64,000 nucleotides of DNA from an uncultured Bdellovibrionales bacterium (GCA_964496065.1 CAZBXD010000001.1:10437-74436); one strand, 5' to 3'. Shown: positions 10,309 to 21,300, counted from the stretch's first letter. Made by a program: numbers and translations. The notes: generated by a model not told the origin, from the letters alone.

Positions 10309-10998
10309 TTATTTTGTTGGTGCCACGGTTGCAACGGTAAACTCTTCGTTATCATTTTCCAAATCGTCAAGATCATCCTCTTCCTCATTTTCAATCGCAT
10401 CTGGGTCGAAGTTTTCAAGATCGATATCTTCAATTTCTTCCTCTTCGCTCATCTCATCATCATCTTTTGAGGCTTTTTTGATCATTTTCTTGGCTTCTTT
10501 TTTCGCTGTTGCTTGGAAGGCCATCGTCATATGCGGGGCGCAATACGGGTGTGCAGGGTCACAATCTGCGCCACAGAATCCAAACTCTCCCTCTTTTGGA
10601 TCACCAATTGGCCAGCGGCAGACACGCTCTGTTAAGTCAAGAATAGAAATGAGTTCACCATCGTGAACGATTTTCTCTTCGATAAAAGTTGGTGGCGCAA
10701 TCGGCAATTTGATTTCTTTTTTTGAAGGAGAACTTGATTTTTCGGTCTCAGTCGTTGTTTTTTTAGGCTTTTCTTTTGCGGGTATTGTTTTTTTCTTTGG
10801 TGCTGCTTTTGTAATTTTTTTCTTCTTAATAGGGGAGGGGCGACCAGATAAGCCAAGGCGATGTGCCTTGCCAATAACAGCATTTCTAGTTACGCCTCCT
10901 AAAACATCAGCTATTTCAGAGGCGCTTTTGCCTTGCGACCATAATTTTTTTAATGTTGCTACGCGTTCGTCAGTCCAACTCACGATATTTTTCCTCAT
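10309..10998 (-). CDS. gcrA: GcrA cell cycle regulator with extended Lys-rich linker and acidic tail
   Basis: SWTDERVATLKKLWSQGKSASEIADVLGGVTRNAVIGKAHRLGL and CRWPIGDP...FCG are GcrA hallmarks. Confidence 0.9.
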   Translation of the reverse strand: MRKNIVSWTDERVATLKKLWSQGKSASEIADVLGGVTRNAVIGKAHRLGLSGRPSPIKKKKITKAAPKKKTIPAKEKPKKTTTETEKSSSPSKKEIKLPIAPPTFIEEKIVHDGELISILDLTERVCRWPIGDPKEGEFGFCGADCDPAHPYCAPHMTMAFQATAKKEAKKMIKKASKDDDEMSEEEEIEDIDLENFDPDAIENEEEDDLDDLENDNEEFTVATVAPTK

Positions 10999-11107
10999 AT
11001 AGATAAAAGAACTCTCGGATTATAAACCACAGGATTAACAACTATGCAACATATTATCTGTAGGTTTATATGGTATAGTACATCAGAAAGATCGACAGAT
11101 TAATGAT

Positions 11108-13402
11108 ATGGCCGATAAAGAAACAAAAAAAACTGAAGAAAAATCTAAAAAAACAATGACAGAAGTAAAAAAGTCAGAAAACGATCCGAAGACTGACACA
11201 TCTGAAGAATGGCTTATTCGTTCGGCTCATATTGATTATGAGGATCCTCTTCTTTCCTGTATGTCAATTGTTACCAGAATTTTAGAACGCCCATTATCTC
11301 GACAGGCTTTGAAAGCTGGACTTCCTTTTGCAGATACCCGTTTTTCCCCTGAACTGTGTGTCCGCGCTGCTAAAAGATCGGGATTTAATGCCAAAATTGT
11401 TAAACGTCCAGAATTAATGCGGCTATCAAATTTGACATTACCTTGTATCTTATTATTAAAAAACTCGAATGCGTGTGTTCTTCTCAAATTAAATAAGCGG
11501 GACAAGGTGGCTGAAATCGCGGTAGCGGAGGCAGATGGCGGGACGATGACAGTACCACTCAATAAAGTGATGGCATCGTATACTGGGCATGCGATTTTTA
11601 TTCGTCCGACGTTTAAATTTGATGAACGCGCCGATTATGACGAGCATAAATATGTTGATTCATGGTTTTGGGGCACGCTGAAACGCTTTTTGCCAGTTTA
11701 TAGTCATGTTTTGCTGGCCTCTTTTTTAATTAATCTTTTTGCTTTGGCTAGCCCACTTTTTATTATGAATGTGTATGACCGAGTTGTACCGAATGCGGCG
11801 ATGGAAACGCTGTGGGTTTTGGCAATTGGAGTTTTGATTGTTTATGTCTTTGAATTTGTTCTGCGTAACTTGCGTAGTTACTTTATCGATGTCGCGGGTA
11901 AAAATGCCGATGTTATTATCGCCAGTCAGCTTCTTGAACAAGTGATGGCGATGCGGATGGACCAAAAACCTGAATCAACCGGGGCAATGGCGAGTAATCT
12001 CCGTGAGTTTGAAGGCTTGCGGGATTTCTTTACCTCAAGTACCGTTGTTCTGCTAGTTGATTTTCCTTTCATCTTTATTTTCCTTGGTGTGATTGCCATG
12101 TTGGCCGGCTGGCTGGCGGCTATTCCCCTTATCACCGTGCCAATTGTCATTTTGGTTGGTGTGGCGTTACAAATACCCTTAAAAAAAGTGATTGAACGCA
12201 CCCATGCCGAAAGTAATCAAAAACATGCAATGTTGATTGAAGCAATCAACGGGATGGAGACGATCAAAACCTCAGGAGCGCAAAGCCGTATTCAGGGGCG
12301 CTGGGAGCGCGCCGTAGGCATGACGGCAGAGTCAACTGGGAAGGCACGGATGATTTCATCTTTAGCAACAACCTTTGCACAATTTGCAGTACAAACTACA
12401 ACAGTTATTGCGGTCCTAGTTGGGGTTTCGATGATTGTTGATAACCAATTAACAATGGGAGCTTTGGTTGCGGTTTCCATCCTCACAGGTCGTGCGCTTG
12501 CCCCCTTAGGGTCTATTGCTGGACTGATTACACGCTACCAACAATCAAAGGTTTCACTTGATGCTCTTGATAAAATTATGAAGTCACCGGTGGAGCGCCC
12601 GAAGGGTAAAACATTTCATCATGTTCCAGAATTTCAAGGGCAAATTCGGTTTCAAAATGTAACTTTTTCCTATCCGGGCCAGTCAGAGAAGGCTTTGGAT
12701 GATGTCTCCTTTACTATTCGTCCAGGAGAAAGGGTTGCGGTTTTGGGTCGCATTGGGTCCGGTAAAAGTACACTAGGGCGTCTCATTACCCAACTTTATG
12801 AGCCACAAGAGGGGTCTATTTTAATTGACGGAATTGATTTGCGACAAGTTGATCCGGTCGATATTCGGCGCAATATTGGCTATATTTCTCAAGATAATTA
12901 TCTTTTTTATGGAACAATCCGTGAAAATATTGCTTTTGGGGCGCCGCATGTTGATGATAATGCGATTAATGTTGCGGCCCATTTTGCTGGGGTGATGGAT
13001 TTTGTTCGTGGCCATTCTAGTGGTCTTGACCTCCAAGTTGGGGAGCGCGGTATGGGGCTTTCCGGTGGGCAACGCCAATCAATTTCGATTGCCCGGGCAC
13101 TGGTGCGTAATCCATCGATCCTGATCATGGATGAACCGACCAGTAACATGGACAATACGTCTGAACGCCGTTTCCAGCAACGTATGGGACATTACCACGG
13201 TTTGAAAAGTCTGATTTGTATCACCCACCGCACCAGCATGTTGGATTTGGTTGATCGAATTATTGTCCTTGATAACGGGAAGATTGTTGCGGATGGCCCA
13301 AAGGATATTGTCTTACAAAAACTGGGGGCTGGTAGTGTGGCAGAGCCAAACACGAAAAAACCAGTCCAGAAAAAAAAACAGAAAAAAGATAAAGCATCAT
13401 GA
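11108..13402 (+). CDS. type I secretion system permease/ATPase with N-terminal C39-peptidase-like domain (LapB/LssB-like)
   Basis: N-terminal DPLLSCMSIVTRILERPLSRQALKAGLP region, six-TM ABC membrane domain, Walker A GRIGSGKST, LSGGQRQ signature and ILIMDEPTS Walker B. Confidence 0.93.
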   Translation: MADKETKKTEEKSKKTMTEVKKSENDPKTDTSEEWLIRSAHIDYEDPLLSCMSIVTRILERPLSRQALKAGLPFADTRFSPELCVRAAKRSGFNAKIVKRPELMRLSNLTLPCILLLKNSNACVLLKLNKRDKVAEIAVAEADGGTMTVPLNKVMASYTGHAIFIRPTFKFDERADYDEHKYVDSWFWGTLKRFLPVYSHVLLASFLINLFALASPLFIMNVYDRVVPNAAMETLWVLAIGVLIVYVFEFVLRNLRSYFIDVAGKNADVIIASQLLEQVMAMRMDQKPESTGAMASNLREFEGLRDFFTSSTVVLLVDFPFIFIFLGVIAMLAGWLAAIPLITVPIVILVGVALQIPLKKVIERTHAESNQKHAMLIEAINGMETIKTSGAQSRIQGRWERAVGMTAESTGKARMISSLATTFAQFAVQTTTVIAVLVGVSMIVDNQLTMGALVAVSILTGRALAPLGSIAGLITRYQQSKVSLDALDKIMKSPVERPKGKTFHHVPEFQGQIRFQNVTFSYPGQSEKALDDVSFTIRPGERVAVLGRIGSGKSTLGRLITQLYEPQEGSILIDGIDLRQVDPVDIRRNIGYISQDNYLFYGTIRENIAFGAPHVDDNAINVAAHFAGVMDFVRGHSSGLDLQVGERGMGLSGGQRQSISIARALVRNPSILIMDEPTSNMDNTSERRFQQRMGHYHGLKSLICITHRTSMLDLVDRIIVLDNGKIVADGPKDIVLQKLGAGSVAEPNTKKPVQKKKQKKDKAS

Positions 13403-14772
13403 AGAAAGACAGCTTGAAAAAAGTCGTGGATGAATGGGTTACGCCGTCGCGTAGCCGGGCGGAGCAAGAGGATATCTTGTTTATGTCGGATGTTGAGGCG
13501 GCGATCCGGAAAAGTGGGCAACGTTTTGCCTATCTCTTATCTGTGATGACGGCTTTGACGGTTTTGATTTTTATTATTTGGGCAAAATTTGCGATTTTGG
13601 ATGAGGTAACGCGTGGCGATGGTCAAGTGATCCCCTCTTCACGGGTTCAAGTGATTCAAAACCTTGAAGGGGGGATTGTTTCCGAACTCATGGTTAATGA
13701 GGGGGAGATTGTTGAGAAAGATCAGGTACTTTTGCGGATTGATAATTCCACGGCAGAATCGACCTTTGAAGAATCGCAAGCACGTTATTATCACCTATTG
13801 GGTATGATTGCGCGCCTAGAAGCACAAATTGAGGGTAAAGCCTTAAACTTTCCCGATGTATTAAAAGAAAAAGCGCCTGATATTGTGACCAACCAAACCG
13901 AACAATTCGGCATTAATAAACAACAGCAGCAGGCTCAGGTTCAGGTTCTCCAATCTCAGGCGAACCAACGTTCACAGGAAGTGAAAGAAATGCGTTCACG
14001 CTTGCAACAATTGGAAAACAATCTCAGTATCCTGCGCGAAGAGTATAATATGACTGCCCCATTGGTTAGCAGCGGTGCGATGTCAAAGGTTGATCTGTTG
14101 CGCATTCAAGGACAGGTAACCGATCTCGAAGGCGAGATCAGCACGATTAAACTCTCCATCCCGCGCGCTCAAAGTGCAGCGGGTGAAGCACAGCAAAAAA
14201 TCAATGAATTGAAAGCCACCATGAATGCCGATGCATCAGAGCAGCTTTCATCCGCTAAGGCTGAGGCTGAATCCTTGAGTAAGATGCTAACTGCGGGCCA
14301 GGATAAGGTCAGCCGTACACAGGTACGTTCACCAGTGCGCGGCACCGTCAAGGAATTGATGGTCAATACTGTTGGGGGCGTTATTCAACCCGGTGAGGAC
14401 ATCATGGAGATTGTCCCGCTGGATGATACCCTTCTGGTCGAGGCGCGCGTTAAACCGACCGATATCGCCTTTATTCGCCCAGATCAAAAAGCAGTTGTCA
14501 AGATTACAGCCTACGATTTCTCGATCTATGGTGGTCTTGAGGGTAAGGTCGAGCAGATTAGTGCCGATACAATCCAGGATGATGAAGGCAACAGCTTCTA
14601 CCGGGTCCAGGTCCGGACCAATGAAACCAGCCTGGCGCATAAGGGCGATGTTCTCCCGATTATCCCGGGGATGACGGCAACGGTTGAAATCCTCACCGGG
14701 CAAAAAAGTGTTCTTGATTATCTCCTCAAACCAATCCTCAAGGCGCAGCAAAATGCGCTGCGAGAGCGGTAA
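13399..14772 (+). CDS. HlyD-family type I secretion membrane fusion protein (LapC-like)
   Basis: N-terminal TM segment, long coiled coil, and the C-terminal IPGMTATVEILTGQKSVLDYLLKP motif. Its ATG overlaps the ABC gene stop by 4 nt. Confidence 0.93.
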   Translation: MKKDSLKKVVDEWVTPSRSRAEQEDILFMSDVEAAIRKSGQRFAYLLSVMTALTVLIFIIWAKFAILDEVTRGDGQVIPSSRVQVIQNLEGGIVSELMVNEGEIVEKDQVLLRIDNSTAESTFEESQARYYHLLGMIARLEAQIEGKALNFPDVLKEKAPDIVTNQTEQFGINKQQQQAQVQVLQSQANQRSQEVKEMRSRLQQLENNLSILREEYNMTAPLVSSGAMSKVDLLRIQGQVTDLEGEISTIKLSIPRAQSAAGEAQQKINELKATMNADASEQLSSAKAEAESLSKMLTAGQDKVSRTQVRSPVRGTVKELMVNTVGGVIQPGEDIMEIVPLDDTLLVEARVKPTDIAFIRPDQKAVVKITAYDFSIYGGLEGKVEQISADTIQDDEGNSFYRVQVRTNETSLAHKGDVLPIIPGMTATVEILTGQKSVLDYLLKPILKAQQNALRER

Positions 14773-14777
14773 TAAAA

Positions 14778-14800
14778 AAAGCCCTGATGATGGGGCTTTC
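14778..14800. terminator. hairpin terminator between the MFP gene and the convergent OmpA-like gene
   Basis: AGCCC-tgatgatg-GGGCT stem after an A-run. The T-tract is weak. Confidence 0.45.
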
Positions 14801-14828
14801 CTTAAATCCTAAATATATATCCTAAAGT

Positions 14829-15752
14829 CTACTGACGCAGATCAATTTCAACTACGCGGTTGCCTTGGTTGCGCACACCGTCTGCCGTTGGGATCAGAGA
14901 GCGAGACTCGCCGACCGCTTCAACAACGCGGAGACGGCTTTCAGAGATACCGGCGCCAGCGAGACGGTTCAGGACCGCTTCCGCACGCCGTTGTGAGAGT
15001 TTCACATTATAGTCTTCGGGTCCAGAACGGTCAGCATGGGCACGGAGGCTGATCATCAATTCTTCGATCTCGCCAACATCACGGATCGCTTTCGCGAGCT
15101 GTTCTTCCCCTTCAGCCGTCATCACAGTTGAGTCAAATTCAAATGGGATGATGTAATATTCTTGTGGCGGAACCGGCGCTGCAGCAACAGGCTCAGGGGC
15201 ACGAACACGCGGCGCTTCAACTTGAACAACGGCAATTTCATAACCAGCCTTAGCTTCGGCAGCGGCGATTGCGTCTTCAAAACGTTGACGGCATTCATTG
15301 GTGTCTTCATCACGCCCCGCTTCTTCTGCTTCGATCCAGCAGTCATAAGCCACTTGTGCGGTACCCGTTTCAACAGGGGCCAATTCACGGCCGCCTTTGT
15401 CAAACACCATATACAGGCGTTCTTGGGCAATAAAAAATGGCGTGCGTTGTTCAGATGTCAGGTCACGATCATAAACGGAGTCGTTTTGAATCGCGCTGCG
15501 TTTCGCAGCTAGGAGAGCTTTATGGTTGAAAAGCTCCGCGTCACCGCGGTCAGTACCAAAGAAGTTGTCTCGATCTTTCGAAAGATCCATATAACCGGCG
15601 TAGAGCGTTTGCTCAAATGTTGTTCCTGCAGCGCTGAGGCGTTTTGCCGTATCTTCGTCATGGGTCCCGTCAAACGGACCAGCAACAGCAAGAGGCGCCA
15701 CAAAAAGGGCAATCAGAGCTACAAAGAGGAGGGAGAATTTAGTCATTTCCAC
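14829..15752 (-). CDS. OmpA-family peptidoglycan-associated protein with signal peptide
   Basis: Signal peptide FSLLFVALIALFVAPLAVAG. The C-terminal OmpA-like domain shows FDSTVMTAEGEEQL, HADRSGPEDYNVKLSQRRAEAV and NRVVEI. Confidence 0.85.
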   Translation of the reverse strand: MEMTKFSLLFVALIALFVAPLAVAGPFDGTHDEDTAKRLSAAGTTFEQTLYAGYMDLSKDRDNFFGTDRGDAELFNHKALLAAKRSAIQNDSVYDRDLTSEQRTPFFIAQERLYMVFDKGGRELAPVETGTAQVAYDCWIEAEEAGRDEDTNECRQRFEDAIAAAEAKAGYEIAVVQVEAPRVRAPEPVAAAPVPPQEYYIIPFEFDSTVMTAEGEEQLAKAIRDVGEIEELMISLRAHADRSGPEDYNVKLSQRRAEAVLNRLAGAGISESRLRVVEAVGESRSLIPTADGVRNQGNRVVEIDLRQ

Positions 15753-15905
15753 GTACCATTCTTTTTTTAAGTTAAATACGATAGAATCAATACACGGTAA
15801 AAGTGCCTGATTTCAAGGATTTTATTCAATTTAGGAGGGTTTTGAGCTCTTTTTTTTATAAACGTGACAGTTTTGCCATTTTTTATCCATAATTATTTAA
15901 TTATC

Positions 15906-15921
15906 TTAACCTTTTGGTTAA
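15906..15921. promoter_or_regulatory. perfect palindrome TTAACC-N4-GGTTAA upstream of the LapG-like gene
   Basis: ttaaccttttggttaa read directly, ending 54 nt upstream of the ATG at 15975. No binding protein is known. Confidence 0.3.
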
Positions 15922-15974
15922 TTCCATAACTTATAATTACCTATATTGGATGTGTGTGAAAGTGTGGAATAATA

Positions 15975-16685
15975 ATGAAAAACTTATTCAAACGCGGGGT
16001 CTTTGGGCTTTATTTCTTATTCGCTTTTTCGGATAATGCTGAGGCGATCACCCTGACTCAAATTGCAGAGACAGTAAAAACCGCGGATAACGGCGTTTTT
16101 GGCTCTATGGAATATGTATCACATGATCGTGGGTCTTTGCCGCAGTGGAATGCTGTGATGAACAAAATGCGGGCTCAAATGGCGTCGTATCAACATTGTG
16201 CAACGAATCGCTCTGCTTGTGCTAACCCAACCATGCAAACTTGGCATGATTTAGTGAATACAGCCCGTAAAACGGACCAAATGACTCAGCTTCGTATGGT
16301 CAATACGTATTTTAATAATTGGAAATATACAACGGATCGTGAAGGCTACGGTGTTTCTGAACACTGGGCGAGCCCAGCCGAGTTTATGAATAATTCAGGT
16401 GACTGTGAAGATTATGCGATTGTCAAATATTTCACATTACATTTCTTAGGTTATACAGATGCACAAATGCGTTTGGTAAGTGTTGTGGATACAATCAAAG
16501 GTATTGGGCATTCAGTTCTGGCTGTTAATGCTCGGGGCGGGACGTATATCCTTGATAATAACTCTGATGGCCTTTATCGCGATATAAAATATAAACACTA
16601 TGTGCCGAAATACTCTGTTAACCAGTCTGGTCGCTGGATCCATGCCCGTGCCAATGTAACGCCGGCCAGTTATGTGACACACTAG
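15975..16685 (+). CDS. periplasmic transglutaminase-like cysteine protease (BTLCP / LapG-like)
   Basis: Signal peptide ending NAEA. The Cys-His-Asp arrangement is GDCEDYAIVKY ... GHSVLAV ... ILDNN. Sits inside a T1SS adhesin locus. Confidence 0.85.
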   Translation: MKNLFKRGVFGLYFLFAFSDNAEAITLTQIAETVKTADNGVFGSMEYVSHDRGSLPQWNAVMNKMRAQMASYQHCATNRSACANPTMQTWHDLVNTARKTDQMTQLRMVNTYFNNWKYTTDREGYGVSEHWASPAEFMNNSGDCEDYAIVKYFTLHFLGYTDAQMRLVSVVDTIKGIGHSVLAVNARGGTYILDNNSDGLYRDIKYKHYVPKYSVNQSGRWIHARANVTPASYVTH

Positions 16686-16718
16686 TTAAGAATTCGGGTT
16701 TTTGTTACAAGTAAAAAC

Positions 16719-16750
16719 AAAAAAAACCGCCTAGAAGGGCGGTTTTTTTT
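16719..16750. terminator. bidirectional rho-independent terminator between the LapG-like gene and tolC
   Basis: A-run, ACCGCC-tagaa-GGGCGGT stem-loop, then a T8 run. Confidence 0.8.
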
Positions 16751-16769
16751 GGTTGTTCACTCTTGTTCA

Positions 16770-18137
16770 CTAGTCCAATGCGATTGTGTCACCAAATGTA
16801 GTATTTACTGGTGCTGCCTGATCAGGGGGAGCAATGTTAATCGTTTTCAATAATTCACCCGTAGAGGCGAGCAAACGATAGGCTGAACGAATTGTGTTAA
16901 TATCAGCAGAAACTAATTGTCCCCGTGCTGTGAACAGCTCATTTTCAGCATCCAGTAGGTCAAGAAGAGTTCTTTGCCCTACTTCAAATTGTTGCTGATA
17001 CGAATCACGTGTATCACGAAGATCAAGGACGGCAGATTCAAGTTGTTGAATTTGTTGCGCACTGGCTTGATAAGAAAACCATGAGCGACGGGCTTCTTCA
17101 TTTGCCGCAACAACAGATTCCCAACGTTCCTGACGGGCTTGATGCATTCTTTTCACAGCCTCTTGACGTGCTGCACGGTCAATACCGCCGCGGAAAAGGT
17201 TCCATCGCATCCGCAAGAGAACATTGCTGTCATGCTCATAGGTATCAATGCCACCGGCATCCTCACGATAGTTTGATTCAGCTTCGATATTCACATTCGG
17301 GTAAAATGCCGCAGTTGCAATACCTATTTCAGCATCAGCTGCATCAACATCTGCTTCAGAGACTTTTACTGTTGGATTTTGCAAAGTTGCCATATCGACC
17401 GCTTGATCCATGGATTGTGGTAAAGCGCCAACAGGAATACTTGGGCGCATCAACTCCCCTGGATATTGACCAACAATACGCGTATAAAGCGCTTCAGCAT
17501 CGCCCAAAGCATTTCCTGTGCTTGAGAGAGTTGCTTGAGCACGTGCCAAACGTCCACGGGTTTGTGATACGTCTGCTTGTGTTCCAACACCACCTTGAAG
17601 ACGTTGCTCCAACTTAGCTAAGATATTAGCGTGAAAGTCAACATTTTGTTTAGACAGAGCAAACAGCTCACGTTGGCGGATCACTTCGAGATAAGCGCCA
17701 ATAGCGTCTAGAGCAATAAATTCTGAATTTTCATAGACGCGCCGAGCAGCTGATTCGGTTCTTGCCTTTTCTCTCTCTACACGATATGTGGTGTCAAAAC
17801 CGCTAAAAACCCGTTGCTGAATTTGTAGGCTTGCGTCTTGGCGGACTAATTTTTCTGGATCTTCGCCCGCGCCTCGTGTGGTTGAATCGCTGGTATGTTC
17901 GGGTCCAACACCGACACTTAAATCAACTTGGGGTAGGTAAAGGCCACGCGCTTGCTCAAGTTCTTCTTCAATCGCTTCGCGGTTTGTTGCGACAACGCCA
18001 ATCGTTGGGTTTGTCTCTAGTGTTAATCTTACTACGTCTTCCATCGATTGGGACATGGCGGGTGTTGTTGTTAGGAAAGCCCCAAAAATCGCAGTCGTTA
18101 GGAGGAGGCATTTCAATGTTGTTGTTTTCATTTTCAC
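16770..18137 (-). CDS. TolC-family type I secretion outer membrane protein (LapE-like)
   Basis: Signal peptide, then two repeats of the TolC helical/beta pattern (LPQVDLSVG..., FYPNVNIEAESNY...). Length is 455 aa. Confidence 0.9.
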   Translation of the reverse strand: MKMKTTTLKCLLLTTAIFGAFLTTTPAMSQSMEDVVRLTLETNPTIGVVATNREAIEEELEQARGLYLPQVDLSVGVGPEHTSDSTTRGAGEDPEKLVRQDASLQIQQRVFSGFDTTYRVEREKARTESAARRVYENSEFIALDAIGAYLEVIRQRELFALSKQNVDFHANILAKLEQRLQGGVGTQADVSQTRGRLARAQATLSSTGNALGDAEALYTRIVGQYPGELMRPSIPVGALPQSMDQAVDMATLQNPTVKVSEADVDAADAEIGIATAAFYPNVNIEAESNYREDAGGIDTYEHDSNVLLRMRWNLFRGGIDRAARQEAVKRMHQARQERWESVVAANEEARRSWFSYQASAQQIQQLESAVLDLRDTRDSYQQQFEVGQRTLLDLLDAENELFTARGQLVSADINTIRSAYRLLASTGELLKTINIAPPDQAAPVNTTFGDTIALD

Positions 18138-18249
18138 AACCTTTATTCATGAATTTTTTACAGCGGTTGCCATTAGTTATGAACTTACAAAGAATCAAAT
18201 ACATAATCTCGGCAGTACACACATAACGGGAAATCACCTGAATTTCAAA

Positions 18250-18287
18250 TAAAAAAAGACCCTGAAAGGAAAATCAGGGTCTTTTGT
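18250..18287 (-). terminator. rho-independent terminator downstream of the adhesin gene
   Basis: GACCCTGA-N8-TCAGGGTC stem. Read on the minus strand it is followed by a T7 run. Confidence 0.8.
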
Positions 18288-18307
18288 TGCTTTTCTGTTA
18301 CGGTTAT

Positions 18308-21300
18308 TTAAACGATTTGGACAGGAATATCGCCCTCATCATCATTGAGAACCACATTGATTGTGTCAAAGGTTGAACCACTTTCTACCGTTGCAATTAC
18401 ATTGGATCCTGAGAAGTTTCCTGTGCCAGTTATATCTAGATGAACATCACCAGTACCACTATCGATTTGTAGGTAATCGGCAACATCAGAAACACCTGGC
18501 TCATAACTGCTACTGACAAGTAGTTCAGACACATCAAGGCTGTTCGCCGCTTCGTTATAGAAAACATCTCCCAAAACGTCTGATTCAAGCAGAACATTAC
18601 CTGATCCTGTAGTAGAACCATAAATCGTACTGGCGCTTGTATCTGGGTCTGTTGCTTCAACAGTTAAGGTTGTTGAGCGTGCATCGCCATCATAGTCTTC
18701 GATTGTATAGACAAACTCATCAGATGAAGGGCATGCACAGTATGATTTCACATCATTAAGAACAAATGATGTGTCTGGTAAGTTACCATAACCATAGCCA
18801 TTAAACATGTGAACCTCATAAATCGATTCAAGCCCAAGTTCAGCCGCATCAATTGAGAAGCTGTATAAACCATCGGATGGGATTGTTGACGGCATTTGCA
18901 CTTCTATCGCAACATACTCAGTTTCATTGTAGAAGACTTTAATATCAATTCCATCACCAGCATTGTTTTGTCCAATATCGCCAACGGTTAATTCAACCAG
19001 TTCGCTTGGTTTATCAAACTTAACGCTAAGTTTTTCACCATTATAGACCTTCGGGGTGCTGTGGAGGGTGCTGTTGATACCAACTCCAGAGCCATGAGTA
19101 ACACCGCCATCCCAGAAAGAGAGGTTGTCGCCAATCACGACGGAAACAGCAATCCCATTATCGGTAATGGTATCTTGTCCTGATGTTAGGTGGACATCGC
19201 CAAGATGCAACTCAGCGCATTCAAGTGATTTGTTCTCAAGTGTATAGGTGTAATCACCATTTTCATACAGTTTAAGAAGGCCGTTATCACCGGTAACTTC
19301 GATAAATACTCCTTTAGCATCAACTTGTGCGTCATCAGCAAAGGTTACGATCGTCCCGTTTGGCGCTTCAACCTGTGTGATGCCACCTGGCCCGTCTTCA
19401 CCGTAGCTATCACCCGCCACAGAAGGATCAACAGACCCCGCGCCAGTGAGCACATTTCCGTCCGTCGAATTGCCTGTGAACACGTTGTGATCTGGACATG
19501 GGACAGGAATATCATCCAGAACATCGATACTGATATTCCCTTCAACTGCCTGACCAAACTGGTTTTCAGCTGTATAGGTGAAATTCAAATTAATGACGTC
19601 ATTTGCGTAGTTGCCATCGGCATGATCAAGCGTGCCCAACAATGTGAAGGTATAGGTACCATCATTATTGAGATCCAGTGTGAAGATATCTTCACCACCG
19701 GCTGTCCCAACGATCTGACCGCCAACAAGCGCAACGGCAACCGCAACACCGTTCGATGTCAGATTACCGTTCAACTGTGAACCACCAGAATTATACTCAA
19801 GATTACCATCAACAGTACCAAGGGCAAAGCTTGTCGCGCCATCAACGATAATCACTTCAGAGACAGTTTGCTCAATAAAGGTCTCATCAACCCGGTTTTC
19901 AACATCAACGGGCACAAATGGTTCACCATTTTCAATACAAACTTCAAGAACAGCCGTATCTGTATCCGTATCAAAATCTTGCATTGTATACTCAAAGCGA
20001 TCTTTCAGAACTTCTGAGTTTTGGATTTCGATGGAACGGATGAAATAATCACTTGAGTCTGTGGTTGACCCATTTGGATTTGTTCCACCATATGGTAGTG
20101 CTTGAAAAACAAGAGTTTGATAATCGCCAGCCGCATCAACCGTGATGGAGCCAACATTGTTATCAATATAGTCAACATCTGTTGTGCCAAATGTGCCACT
20201 GTCGACGAGGTTGCCGTTGCTGTCAAAGGCAAACCATTCTCCAAATTCACCGTCTTGCTCATCATTGAACAAGTTCGAGAACGTGACCTTTGTGCCATTC
20301 GTTTCATTTTGAAGATCAATAGCAATTGCCTGACTATTTTCGGCATTTGGGTCATAATTTACTTGATCAGGAACAGTAAGCTCAGGCTGTCCCCCTTCAA
20401 CGCCGATACCGCGGCTTGTAAATGTGATTGTGTCATCAGCATTCCCAAGATTAAGGACGTTAGCACCATCAGTGAAAGATGTGCCAAAATCAAAGGCATA
20501 AAGATCAACACCATCCCAAGATAGCTCCATTTCAGCTGCTGTGCCACCATCAGGCAGGCCAACAGTTGTTGGTGCACCGGTCGTTGGCGCGTTCGGGTCA
20601 ACAGTGTATGTATATTCCCCATCTTCGTAGATTTTCAACGTGCCATAGTCACCATCTACCTCGATGAATGTTCCGTCTGCATCAGTTTGACCATCGGCAG
20701 CAAATGTCACGATTGTGCCATCTGGCGCCTCAACTTGTGTTAGAGAGCCTTCAACATCTTCGCCAACCTCATCGTTGTCGATAACGTTACCGTTTGCTGT
20801 GTTTGATCCTTCAGGGATCAAAGCTGTGTCATCAACCGCCACAGGCGCATCGTCACGGATAGGCACAGTGACTTCACCTGTGACTGTATCACCATCATTG
20901 TCGACAACCTGATATTCAAAGTTGAGGTTAATGACATCGTCCGGGTTAGAGCCATCAGCATGATCAAGGGGTTCAAAGATTTCAAAATCATAGGATCCGT
21001 CGTCATTGATAGTCATGGTAAAGATTACATTACCCCCTGCTGTTTCCCCAGTATAGGTATCTCCAACAAGCGTTACAGTTACCTCTTCACCGCCCGATGT
21101 TAGGTTCGGGCCAGCAACGGAACCTGTTGCATTGAAGTTATCACTTGGTTCAACAGAACCGGCGCCATCTTCACCAAAAGCATGGGGGACGATGCCAGAA
21201 GTTGTCTGAGACAGACCGTCTGTTTCGTCCAAAATAACCGTTTCAATACTTTCTGTAGCTGGACCATCGTCAAGGATCGTAATTTTAAGGTCGCCGGCGG

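Noticed and set aside
10304-10666. 120-aa Ser-rich ORF antisense to gcrA, and the 83-aa and 97-aa ORFs in the same region.
   Set aside because: These are products of reading the Lys-rich and acidic low-complexity gcrA segments on the other strand or frame. gcrA itself is unambiguous.
13370-13378. A9 homopolymer in the 3-prime tail of the T1SS ABC gene, just upstream of the overlapping MFP start, considered as a slipped-strand phase-variation switch.
   Set aside because: It simply encodes the Lys-rich tail (KKKQKK). Nine residues is short for a contingency tract, and a frameshift there would change only the last few residues. Similar A/T and G runs occur in housekeeping genes, for example G8 in trxA at about 30250-30257.
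15906-15921. TTAACC-N4-GGTTAA considered as a CtrA binding site.
   Set aside because: The spacing between the TTAA half-sites is 8 nt, not the required 7. It is kept only as an unassigned palindrome.
17009-17617. 202-aa ORF antisense to tolC. Similar long antisense ORFs occur at 3122-3658 (yebC), 50781-51251 (hflK), 9841-10239 (gap) and 14329-14751 (MFP).
   Set aside because: No recognisable motifs, and each is fully nested in a confidently assigned gene on the opposite strand.
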